This document shows positions 12,406 through 20,012 of a stretch of 32,000 nucleotides of DNA, in pieces. Made by a program: the position numbers and the translations under genes. The notes below the pieces were generated by a model. It was not told the origin of the DNA. It worked only from the letters and a program-made list of their open reading frames with translations, and made no database searches. Within the stretch, counting starts at the first letter, position 1, and every line of letters starts with the position of its first letter. Location: assembly GCA_002952755.1 (NCBI GenBank), contig CP025011.1, forward strand, positions 750,001 to 782,000, read 5' to 3'. The stretch is from Candidatus Saccharimonadota bacterium (lineage in GTDB: Bacteria > Patescibacteriota > Saccharimonadia > Saccharimonadales > UBA4665).

Positions 12406-14493
12406 GTGGCAGACAAAAAATATACAATTCAAGACCTAAGGAACATTGGTATTATCGCGCACATCGATGCCGGTAAAACCACCACCACTGAAGGTATTTT
12501 GTATCGCACGGGCTTAAAGCATAAAATCGGTGCCGTACACGAAGGTGAAACGACTACCGACTGGATGGCCCAGGAGCGTGAACGCGGTATCACTATTGTG
12601 TCTGCTGCTGTTACTTGCTATTGGAAGGGCAAACAGATCAACATTATCGACACCCCAGGGCACATCGACTTTACGGTTGAAGTAGAGCGTAGCTTACGTG
12701 TGCTTGATGGTGCTGTAGTGGTCTTCGACGGCAAAATGGGCGTGGAATCACAGTCCGAAACCGTTTGGCGCCAAGCTGACAAATATGGTGTGCCGCGTAT
12801 CTGTTTCATTAACAAGATCAACCAAACCGGCGGTGATTTCTACAAATCATTAGAGAGTATTCATAACCGCTTAAGCAAGCGCGCATTCCCCATCCACCTG
12901 CCCATCGGCTTCGAACAGAGCATCAACGGTATTGTCGACCTCATTCGCATGAAGGCCTACACCTACAAAGAATTCACCGATCATGAACTGGTGGAGGGTG
13001 ACATTCCTGCCGATATGATGGATCAGGTCAACCGCTACCGTAGCCTCCTGATCGAGAACGCTGTAGCCGAAGACGAAGTCATGCTCGAGAAATATCTTGA
13101 AGTAGGCGAAGAAGGTCTCACCGAAGAAGAAATTATGCACGCTATCCGCAGCGCCGTGCTCAGCGGTAAGTTCTATGCTGTTACGGGTGGTGACGGCCGC
13201 GGTGTGATTGTTGAGAAATTGCTTGACCTGGTTGTCGACCTGCTGCCCGCTCCAACCGACCGCCCAACCAACTGGGGTACCCACCCAAAGACTGGCGATG
13301 AAATCGAGCGCAAACATTCCGATGCCGAGCCATTCAGCGCACTGGCCTTTAAGATTACCACCGACCCATTCGTGGGTAAGCTGGCTTATTTCCGAGTGTA
13401 TTCCGGCAAGATCGTTGCTGGTTCCTACGTTTTGAACAGCTCAACGGGCGAGAAAGAACGTGTGGGCCGTATCGTCCGTCTGCAAGCCGACAAGCGCGAA
13501 GATGTTACTGAAGTGACTGCTGGCGACATCGCTGCCATTGTTGGCCTTAAAGGTACTACCACTGGTAACACCCTTTGCGACCCGAACAATCCTATCGTGC
13601 TGGAGAGCATTACCTTCCCAGAACCCCCTGTTTCGATCGCCATCGAGCCCAAGACCAAGGCCGACCAGGAAAAAATGGGCATTGCCCTGCAGCGTCTAGC
13701 CGAAGAGGACCCAACCTTCCGCATCCGCGTTGATGACGAGACCGGCCAGACCATCATCTCTGGTATGGGCGAATTGCACCTCGAGATTCTTGTAGACCGC
13801 ATGAAGCGCGAATTTAACGTCGAAGCTAACATCGGTCAGCCGCAGGTCGCTTACCGCGAAACCATTCGCAAGGACGCCGTGGAAGTGCAAGGCAAGTTCA
13901 TCCGTCAATCCGGTGGTCGCGGTCAATATGGTGACGTCTGGCTTCGCCTGTCACAGAACGAGATGGGCAAGGGCTTTGAGTTTATCAACCTCATCAAGGG
14001 CGGTGTTGTTCCTGGTGAATACATCAAGCCCATTGAGCAGGGTATCGTCGAAGCTATGGCTAACGGTGTTATCGCCGGCTACCCGGTAGTAGATATCCGT
14101 GTTGAACTGTACGACGGTAGCTATCACGAGGTTGACTCCTCGGAAATGGCTTTCAAGATTGCCGGTAGTATGGCGCTCCAAGAGGGCGTTAAAAAAGCCA
14201 GCCCGGTGCTGCTCGAACCTATCATGAAAGTGGTCGTCGTCACCCCCGAAGAATTCATGGGCGACGTTATCGGCGACCTCAATAGCAAGCGCGGCCGCAT
14301 CGAATCTATCGAAGACCTCAGCCAAGGCGTCAAAGAAATAACCGCTTTTGTACCATTAGGTGAAATGTTCGGCTACACTACCAATTTGCGCAGCGCCACC
14401 CAGGGCCGTGCCAGCTCCAGTATGGAGTTGCACCACTACGAAGACGTGCCAAACAACGTGGCTACTGCCATCATCGCCAAAAACGCTAAGTAA
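12406..14493 (+). CDS. fusA: elongation factor G
   Basis: 695 aa with G-domain motifs [12 protein letters not shown] and [11 protein letters not shown] start preceded by AGGAG (12396-12400). Confidence 0.97.
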   Translation: MADKKYTIQDLRNIGIIAHIDAGKTTTTEGILYRTGLKHKIGAVHEGETTTDWMAQERERGITIVSAAVTCYWKGKQINIIDTPGHIDFTVEVERSLRVLDGAVVVFDGKMGVESQSETVWRQADKYGVPRICFINKINQTGGDFYKSLESIHNRLSKRAFPIHLPIGFEQSINGIVDLIRMKAYTYKEFTDHELVEGDIPADMMDQVNRYRSLLIENAVAEDEVMLEKYLEVGEEGLTEEEIMHAIRSAVLSGKFYAVTGGDGRGVIVEKLLDLVVDLLPAPTDRPTNWGTHPKTGDEIERKHSDAEPFSALAFKITTDPFVGKLAYFRVYSGKIVAGSYVLNSSTGEKERVGRIVRLQADKREDVTEVTAGDIAAIVGLKGTTTGNTLCDPNNPIVLESITFPEPPVSIAIEPKTKADQEKMGIALQRLAEEDPTFRIRVDDETGQTIISGMGELHLEILVDRMKREFNVEANIGQPQVAYRETIRKDAVEVQGKFIRQSGGRGQYGDVWLRLSQNEMGKGFEFINLIKGGVVPGEYIKPIEQGIVEAMANGVIAGYPVVDIRVELYDGSYHEVDSSEMAFKIAGSMALQEGVKKASPVLLEPIMKVVVVTPEEFMGDVIGDLNSKRGRIESIEDLSQGVKEITAFVPLGEMFGYTTNLRSATQGRASSSMELHHYEDVPNNVATAIIAKNAK

Positions 14494-14555
14494 TCCGTAA
14501 AAAAATAAGAGGGTGGGACGGGTTAGTCAAATCGACTAATAGCCCATTATGGTAT

Positions 14556-14831
14556 TTGTATCGCATGCAAGACGAGAATAGGCTCGCGGAACTCCGCGCT
14601 CAGATCGATGAAGTAGACGAAAAAATTGTTGCCCTGGTAAATGAACGAGCTCGACTCGCATTGCTAGCCGGCATCGCCAAGGGCAGTCGGGAGATTCGCC
14701 GTCCCGAACGTGAGACCGAGGTGTTGAAACGCATCAGCAAGATGAGCAAAGGGCCGCTATCTGATGAAGGTATACGCGAAATATTCCACACCATAATCGG
14801 TATTTGTCGAGCCATTCAATACAATAAGTAG
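14556..14831 (+). CDS. AroQ-class (type II) chorismate mutase, monofunctional
   Basis: 88-91 aa (TTG 14556 or ATG 14565). It aligns by eye with the E. coli PheA CM domain: LAELRAQIDEVDEKIVALVNERARLA, GIAKG, RPERETEVLKR, IFHTIIGICRAIQ. Counterparts of catalytic Arg11, Arg28, Lys39, Glu52 and Gln88 are all present. Confidence 0.75.
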   Translation: MYRMQDENRLAELRAQIDEVDEKIVALVNERARLALLAGIAKGSREIRRPERETEVLKRISKMSKGPLSDEGIREIFHTIIGICRAIQYNK

Positions 14832-14906
14832 CATGGGACATAAGACCTGATACGGGTACCTGCTATTGAAATAGTTTGTAATCTATTCAAAAATAGGTCT
14901 TAACCC

Positions 14907-14935
14907 TTTACACCGCTATTCGTTTTCGGTACAAT
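14907..14935 (+). promoter_or_regulatory. tuf promoter TTTACA-17 nt-TACAAT
   Basis: Hexamers at 14907-14912 and 14930-14935, with an AT-rich region upstream. SD AGGAG at 14990-14994. Confidence 0.5.
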
Positions 14936-15001
14936 GAACGGGTTACTCGTGCGAGGTCTTCTAGCGCGACATTAAACAGATAATTAATTAGGAGTCATCT
15001 A

Positions 15002-16186
15002 ATGGCAGATTCTTTTGATCGTAGCAAGCCCCACGTCAACGTTGGTACTATGGGCCACGTCGACCACGGCAAAACTACGCTAACCGCCGCGATTACCCAC
15101 GTACTCGCCAAGCGCCTTCCTAGCAAAATTAACGTTCCTAAGAACTACGACGAAATCGACAACGCGCCAGAAGAAAAGGCTCGCGGCATCACCATCGCTA
15201 CTGCTCACATGGAGTACGAGAGTGAGAAGCGCCACTACGCACACGTCGATATGCCCGGCCACGCCGACTACGTTAAGAACATGATCACCGGTGCTGCCCA
15301 GGTTGACGGTGCTATCTTGGTTGTATCTGCCGCCGATGGTCCTATGCCTCAGACCCGCGAGCACGTACTGCTTGCCAAGCAAGTGGGCGTCCCTTACATC
15401 TTGGTGTTCCTCAACAAGATGGACCTCGCCGACAAAGACCTCGTCGAACTCGTCGAGGAAGAAATCCGCGAGCTGCTCGAAAAGAACGGCTTCGACAAGA
15501 ACTGTCCAATCATTCGCGGTTCTGCCACCAAGGCCCTCGAGGGCGACAAGGAAAGCGAAGACGCCATTATGGAACTCGTCGCTGCACTTGACTCACACGT
15601 TCCAGAACCAAAGCGCGACCTCGACAAGCCATTCCTGATGCCTATCGAAGATGTCTTCAGCATTAAGGGTCGCGGCACCGTTGCTACCGGCCGTATCGAA
15701 CAAGGTATTGTTAAGGTCAACGAAGAAGTAGAGATCGTCGGCGTCCGCGACACCCGCAAGAGTGTTGTCACCGGGGTTGAGATGTTCAAGAAAAACCTCG
15801 ACCAAGGTCAGGCTGGCGATAACGTCGGTATCCTGCTCCGCGGTATCGAGCGCGACGACATCGAGCGCGGCCAAGTCTTGGCCAAGCCAGGTAGCGTTAC
15901 CCCTCACACCGAGTTCGAGTCAGAAGTCTACATCCTTTCCAAGGAAGAAGGCGGCCGCCACACTCCCTTCTTCAAGGGTTACAAGCCTCAGTTCTACTTC
16001 CGCACCACGGACGTAACCGGTGAGGTTGAGCTCCCTGCAGACAAAGAAATGGTTATGCCAGGCGACACCGTAACCTTTAAGGTTAAGCTGCTCCAGCCTA
16101 TCGCTATGGAACAGGGACTACGCTTCGCTATCCGCGAAGGTGGCCGTACCGTTGGCGCCGGTGTTGTAACCAAGGTCATCAAATAA
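15002..16186 (+). CDS. tuf: elongation factor Tu
   Basis: 394 aa with [21 protein letters not shown] and NKMD motifs. Confidence 0.98.
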   Translation: MADSFDRSKPHVNVGTMGHVDHGKTTLTAAITHVLAKRLPSKINVPKNYDEIDNAPEEKARGITIATAHMEYESEKRHYAHVDMPGHADYVKNMITGAAQVDGAILVVSAADGPMPQTREHVLLAKQVGVPYILVFLNKMDLADKDLVELVEEEIRELLEKNGFDKNCPIIRGSATKALEGDKESEDAIMELVAALDSHVPEPKRDLDKPFLMPIEDVFSIKGRGTVATGRIEQGIVKVNEEVEIVGVRDTRKSVVTGVEMFKKNLDQGQAGDNVGILLRGIERDDIERGQVLAKPGSVTPHTEFESEVYILSKEEGGRHTPFFKGYKPQFYFRTTDVTGEVELPADKEMVMPGDTVTFKVKLLQPIAMEQGLRFAIREGGRTVGAGVVTKVIK

Positions 16187-16231
16187 TCTAGTCGTCTAAA
16201 CGACTCGCACATTAAGAAGGAATAAACAGCA

Positions 16232-16561
16232 ATGGTAGCAGAAGTAAAAAAAGATCAAAAACAGCGTATTCGTATCCGCCTCAAGGCCTACGACCACAAA
16301 GTAATAGATCAAGCCGCAAAACAGATCGTTGATACTGCGCTGCGCACCGGCGCTACCATTGCTGGCCCTATTCCACTGCCTACCGACCGTAGCACTTTTA
16401 CGGTTATCAAGTCCCCCCACGTATTCAAGAAGGGGCGTGAGCAATTCGAGATGCGCGTACACAAGCGTTTGATTGACGTGACTGATCCAACGCCAAAGAC
16501 CATCGACTCACTCATGAACTTGAGCCTGCCCGCTGGTTGCGACGTCGAAATCAAGATGTAA
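16232..16561 (+). CDS. rpsJ: 30S ribosomal protein S10
   Basis: 109 aa with an S10-like sequence ([24 protein letters not shown]...[23 protein letters not shown]). Confidence 0.97.
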   Translation: MVAEVKKDQKQRIRIRLKAYDHKVIDQAAKQIVDTALRTGATIAGPIPLPTDRSTFTVIKSPHVFKKGREQFEMRVHKRLIDVTDPTPKTIDSLMNLSLPAGCDVEIKM

Positions 16562-16575
16562 ATCTTCTGTCCTAT

Positions 16576-16613
16576 AAAAAATAAACCGCCTATAAAGAAG
16601 CGGTTTATTTTTT
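16576..16613. terminator. intrinsic (bidirectional-type) terminator directly after rpsJ
   Basis: AAAAAATAAACCGC - 10-nt loop - GCGGTTTATTTTTT. This is a perfect 14-bp stem with an A-tract on one side and a T-tract on the other. Confidence 0.75.
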
Positions 16614-16678
16614 ATATTAGGCCAACGCATTTAGTTGAACGATTAGAATCGTAGCGAGTGTAGTGATATCATCTAAGG

Positions 16679-17461
16679 ATGTCAGAATTCGATTCGAATG
16701 TCCCAGATGCGGCAAGAAGCGCTTTTCGCACAACCTTACACCGAGAGCGGGGTAAGCGAAGAGCGGCAGGATTTATGATAGGTTCGGTGGCGTTTGCCGG
16801 AGAAGGGGACGCACTCATATGCGTGGATGAATGTACTCCGAAAAATCCACCCCGCCTACGTTTTCCACGTTACATGGTAACCATAGGTGCCATAGGAGAC
16901 TTTGGAAAGGAAAACATTGAAGGGGCGGTCATCACCCATGTAACGCCTAATCATACGCTGGACGGCTGGAGCAAATACAGCCTACCCCTGCCATACGCTC
17001 TACCGTGGTCCAAGATAGCTCGAGCGCAAGGATTGTATAGAGAAGTTGCTTTATCGGCGAAGTATAAGTACGGCGAGATGGCGTCTCCTGCCTTACACGG
17101 CATAGCGTCAGAGTATTATAAGCTCTATGAGCGGGGCGGTCTGCTGTACGACCTAGGGGAGCAGCCTTATAGAGAAGAGTTGTGCGAAGGCATGTCGCCG
17201 CATATGGCATCCGCCTTAGGGCCAGCGCAAGACAACCTGGCGAGCACATTAGAAGAAGTTGCCGCCCAGCTGCGCAGATCACCGGAAGCCATACTAGACG
17301 CATGGCCACTTAGTGAGGGCCCGCTTTTTCGTAAGGGAAAGCCGAGCTATGACGGCGTAAGACTCGAGTGGACGACCGACTTTTCGGGAGCGACCTTGGC
17401 TGGCTTAGGGGTGCAGCCGATAGACCCTCAGCCGTGGTTCCGTCCTAATGCACGTTCATAA
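16679..17461 (+). CDS. hypothetical protein (260 aa), no recognisable domain
   Basis: Long ORF in the rpsJ|rplC island. AAGG sits immediately upstream of the ATG. I recognise no motif. Confidence 0.55.
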   Translation: MSEFDSNVPDAARSAFRTTLHRERGKRRAAGFMIGSVAFAGEGDALICVDECTPKNPPRLRFPRYMVTIGAIGDFGKENIEGAVITHVTPNHTLDGWSKYSLPLPYALPWSKIARAQGLYREVALSAKYKYGEMASPALHGIASEYYKLYERGGLLYDLGEQPYREELCEGMSPHMASALGPAQDNLASTLEEVAAQLRRSPEAILDAWPLSEGPLFRKGKPSYDGVRLEWTTDFSGATLAGLGVQPIDPQPWFRPNARS

Positions 17462-17535
17462 TGTGGAGCGATTTTAATTGTCTCGCTCGTATTCAACACT
17501 GCCCAGGAAGCGGATAACTAGATTGGAGATGATGT

Positions 17536-18087
17536 ATGATGAAGTCGCCAGAATTAATCGTGTTTGTTAACGAAGACGGAGTTCCCACCGGTGAGACCGG
17601 ACCAAAGCTCGAGAGTCATACCGCATACACAAGGCTACATCTCGCTTTTTCGTGTTACATTTTCAGGCGCAGCGATAAAAAATTCCTACTGACACAGCGG
17701 GCCCTTAGTAAGAAAGTCTGGCCTGGGGTTTGGACAAATAGTGTCTGCGGACACCCGCAGCCTGGCGAAGCCACCGTGGATGCAATTCGTCGACGCGCCG
17801 CTTTCGAGCTCGGCATGCACGATTTCCAGGACATTACGCCGATATTGCCGAAGTATCGCTACACAACTCCGGAATATAACGGCATTATTGAAAACGAATT
17901 CTGTCCTGTTTACCTAGCCTACACGAACGCAGAGCCAGAGCCGAATCCCGATGAGGTCGAAGCGTACCAATGGGTTAGCTGGCAAGATTACAAGCACCTT
18001 TTAGCATCTAAGCCAGACATTATGAGTTACTGGGCCAAGGATCAATATGTACAGCTCAAAGACCTTGCACCATTTGATACGCTCTAG
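17536..18087 (+). CDS. idi: isopentenyl-diphosphate delta-isomerase, type 1 (Nudix fold)
   Basis: 183 aa, collinear with E. coli Idi. Shared blocks: HTAYTRLHLAFS (His25/His32 equivalents), RALSKKVWPGVWTNSVCGHPQ (Cys67/His69), IENEFCPVY (Glu114/Glu116). SD GGAG lies upstream. Confidence 0.9.
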   Translation: MMKSPELIVFVNEDGVPTGETGPKLESHTAYTRLHLAFSCYIFRRSDKKFLLTQRALSKKVWPGVWTNSVCGHPQPGEATVDAIRRRAAFELGMHDFQDITPILPKYRYTTPEYNGIIENEFCPVYLAYTNAEPEPNPDEVEAYQWVSWQDYKHLLASKPDIMSYWAKDQYVQLKDLAPFDTL

Positions 18088-18111
18088 ACGCACTGCCGAA
18101 ATGTGCATTGC

Positions 18112-18140
18112 TTGTGGTGAGATAACACGCAAGGTATACT
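18112..18140 (+). promoter_or_regulatory. candidate promoter TTGTGG-17 nt-TATACT
   Basis: The -10 ends 8 nt before ATG 18149, which is leaderless geometry. Confidence 0.35.
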
Positions 18141-18148
18141 AAGCGCTA

Positions 18149-18427
18149 ATGACAAAAACAAAAAAGAAAAACAGCCCAAGGCGGCGAGAGCTGGATGGTG
18201 TTTTCTTATTAAAGTTGGTGTTGTATGTGCTGCTAGGGTCGATGTGGCTCAAAATCAGCCATGGAGACATGGTTCGCCTACCGATCCCCATCGGATTGGC
18301 CATGGGCTTGGTTTTTACGAGTCATGAACATTTCCAAATCGACCGTAAAATTGAATACGCCGTGCTGCTTATAGCTATGCTCATAGGCTATCTTGCCCCA
18401 TACGGCCTGTACATATATCTAAACTAG
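18149..18427 (+). CDS. small membrane protein (92 aa)
   Basis: K/R-rich N-terminus followed by hydrophobic helices (VFLLKLVLYVLLGSMWL, IPIGLAMGLVFT, YAVLLIAMLIGYLAPYGLYIYL). Confidence 0.55.
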   Translation: MTKTKKKNSPRRRELDGVFLLKLVLYVLLGSMWLKISHGDMVRLPIPIGLAMGLVFTSHEHFQIDRKIEYAVLLIAMLIGYLAPYGLYIYLN

Positions 18428-19018
18428 CTACATATCCGGCATTTCGTCTGAGATCATCTCCTGGACAGTTTTCTTAAACTCGGCTAGTACTGCCGAAGGG
18501 CGAAGTATTGACGGGTACCACAAGTGCACTATTGTTTCGCCGATTGGAGCTACTTTGCTTTCGACTACAGTACTAAATTGACAAACGGCTAGCGGCAGAG
18601 GGGGTCTTTCCCGTTTTGCGTCTGCGATGGCGAGACGGACTGGCTTTACTGGGGAAAGCATACGTTCGTACGCTTCCCAAGCATTTTTGGTCGCTGGTGA
18701 GACTCTGTCTAATGCTGCTCGACCAATACTTGCACCCAAGATCATCTTTCTCATCCTTGCCGCTTCTTGCGCAACGACCTCTGGATTATCTTCCTGCGTA
18801 ATAGTAATTGCAGTGTAGTATCTATCAAATTCAGGATCTGCTCCTGGCCAATAAAATGCCGCTGAGCAGTGGTCTAATTGAATATCTGGATCATAAGCGT
18901 CTGTTACCCCAGGCTCGCTGTTACTGAGCGCGATATTTGAGTAATCGGAGTCATGAGACAAGCCTTCTAATATATAAAGACTACGCTCGCTCTGGTAGGG
19001 ATATTCTGAATTGGCCAT
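18428..19018 (-). CDS. hypothetical protein (196 aa), the only minus-strand gene in the window
   Basis: I prefer ATG 19018 (MANSEYPYQ...) over the track TTG 19093. A perfect TATAAT on the minus strand at 19037-19032 lies 13 nt upstream. No recognisable domain. Confidence 0.5.
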   Translation of the reverse strand: MANSEYPYQSERSLYILEGLSHDSDYSNIALSNSEPGVTDAYDPDIQLDHCSAAFYWPGADPEFDRYYTAITITQEDNPEVVAQEAARMRKMILGASIGRAALDRVSPATKNAWEAYERMLSPVKPVRLAIADAKRERPPLPLAVCQFSTVVESKVAPIGETIVHLWYPSILRPSAVLAEFKKTVQEMISDEMPDM

Positions 19019-19086
19019 GAAAAACCTTATTATTATACGTTCGCAAAGAAAAATCACTCTAACGTCAGTGTAGAATTGTCTACACA

Positions 19087-19115
19087 TTGACAAGGGAAGA
19101 TATCTCTGTTACGAT
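19087..19115 (+). promoter_or_regulatory. rplC-operon promoter TTGACA-17 nt-TACGAT with extended -10 TG
   Basis: Consensus -35 at 19087-19092 and TGTTACGAT at 19107-19115. A ~150-nt leader precedes rplC. Confidence 0.55.
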
Positions 19116-19273
19116 GTATTGGTATATCAAATACCTGTACTTGGTGATTTGAGCAGGTCGCTCTTAACAGAGGCGAAACCACTCGGAGCCGAGCGTTTTT
19201 ATACTCGTGAAGTTATAAAAGGTGAGGCGGCAGGATAAGGATGCGGACTACCATGTGTCCGTATGGAGTCACT

Positions 19274-19894
19274 ATGAAAGCACTCATTACCCGAAAGGTA
19301 GGCATGACCAGCACCATCGCAGAAGATGGCGTTGTTACTGCTATTACCTTGCTTTCCGCTAGTCCCTGCGTTATTACGCAGGTCAAAACCGCAGATCCAG
19401 ACGGCTACACCGCCGTGCAGATCGGTTTTGAAGAAGCAAAAAAGCAAAACGTTAACAAGGCGCAAGCTGGTCATTTCGCGAAGGCCGGCGAGATTATGCC
19501 AAAAATTATTCGCGAGTTCCGCGTCGACGAAATCACTGAAGACCTCAAGGTTGGAGAAACGATCAACCCCGAGGTCTTTTCAATTGGTGACGAAATCGAC
19601 GTAACGGGCACCAGCAAAGGTAAAGGTTGGGCCGGCACTATTAAGCGTCACAACTTCCACCGCGGCCGCAAGACCCACGGTGGCCGGTCGTACCGCCGTC
19701 CTGGTTCTATTGGCTCTATGTACCCTCAGAAGATTTTCAAGGGTAAGAAGATGGCTGGCCACATGGGCGCTGAGCAAGTCACCGTCAAGAATTTGAAGGT
19801 TGCACTCGTCGATACTGAGCTGGGTGTCATCGGCGTTACCGGTGCAGTGCCTGGCCCACGCAACGGCATTGTCATCATTAAGGAGGCCAAGTAA
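19274..19894 (+). CDS. rplC: 50S ribosomal protein L3
   Basis: MKALITRKVGMTS matches the usual L3 N-terminus. GGAG lies 7 nt upstream. The track start at 19241 was rejected. Confidence 0.95.
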   Translation: MKALITRKVGMTSTIAEDGVVTAITLLSASPCVITQVKTADPDGYTAVQIGFEEAKKQNVNKAQAGHFAKAGEIMPKIIREFRVDEITEDLKVGETINPEVFSIGDEIDVTGTSKGKGWAGTIKRHNFHRGRKTHGGRSYRRPGSIGSMYPQKIFKGKKMAGHMGAEQVTVKNLKVALVDTELGVIGVTGAVPGPRNGIVIIKEAK

Positions 19895-19896
19895 TG
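19876..19896 (+). repeat. 21-bp direct repeat, left copy (rplC 3' end / SD / TAATG)
   Basis: CATTAAGGAGGCCAAGTAATG is identical to 19992-20012. Confidence 0.95.
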
Positions 19897-20010
19897 TTTG
19901 CCGCAGCTATAAGGGAAAAGAGCAGCCAGAGCAACCGAATTTACTTCGGTTCCCTGCGCGATGAGAAAAACCGTAGGTTTGTCTTATGTGCCATTAAGGA
20001 GGCCAAGTAA
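19894..20010 (+). repeat. junction insert element copy 1 (~116 bp) carrying a 38-codon mini-ORF
   Basis: ATG overlaps the rplC stop and TAA overlaps the rplD ATG. Peptide: MFAAAIREKSSQSNRIYFGSLRDEKNRRFVLCAIKEAK. Shares conserved blocks with 25005-25121. Internal hairpins at 19933-19951 and 19963-19985. Confidence 0.7.
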
Positions 20011-20012
20011 TG
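19992..20012 (+). repeat. 21-bp direct repeat, right copy
   Basis: CATTAAGGAGGCCAAGTAATG is identical to 19876-19896. Confidence 0.95.

Noticed and set aside
14523-14539. Hairpin TTAGTC-AAATC-GACTAA after fusA as a terminator
   Set aside because: It is a short AT-rich stem with no downstream T-tract, and the chorismate mutase ORF starts about 20 nt later.
16189-16204. Hairpin AGTCGT-CTAA-ACGACT between tuf and rpsJ as a terminator
   Set aside because: It is only 6 bp with no T-tract, and rpsJ has an SD but no visible promoter. It is more likely a stability or processing hairpin within a tuf-rpsJ transcript.
19068-19085. GTGTAGAA / TTCTACAC motif shared by the palindrome upstream of the rplC promoter and the arms of the rplO hairpin (28482-28489, 28525-28532), as a possible common regulator site
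   Set aside because: Only an 8-mer is shared, the half-site orientation and spacing differ (N4 versus N35), and there are just two loci in the window. This cannot be distinguished from chance without genome-wide counts.
19894-20010. Reading the 116-bp inserts as intrinsic terminators, tRNA fragments or simple spacer duplications
   Set aside because: No U-tract follows any of the hairpins, there is no tRNA-like cloverleaf or T-loop motif, and an intact ORF with overlaps on both sides is kept in both copies. Only the terminal 21 bp of copy 1 duplicates flanking sequence, and the rest is unrelated to rplC or rplD.
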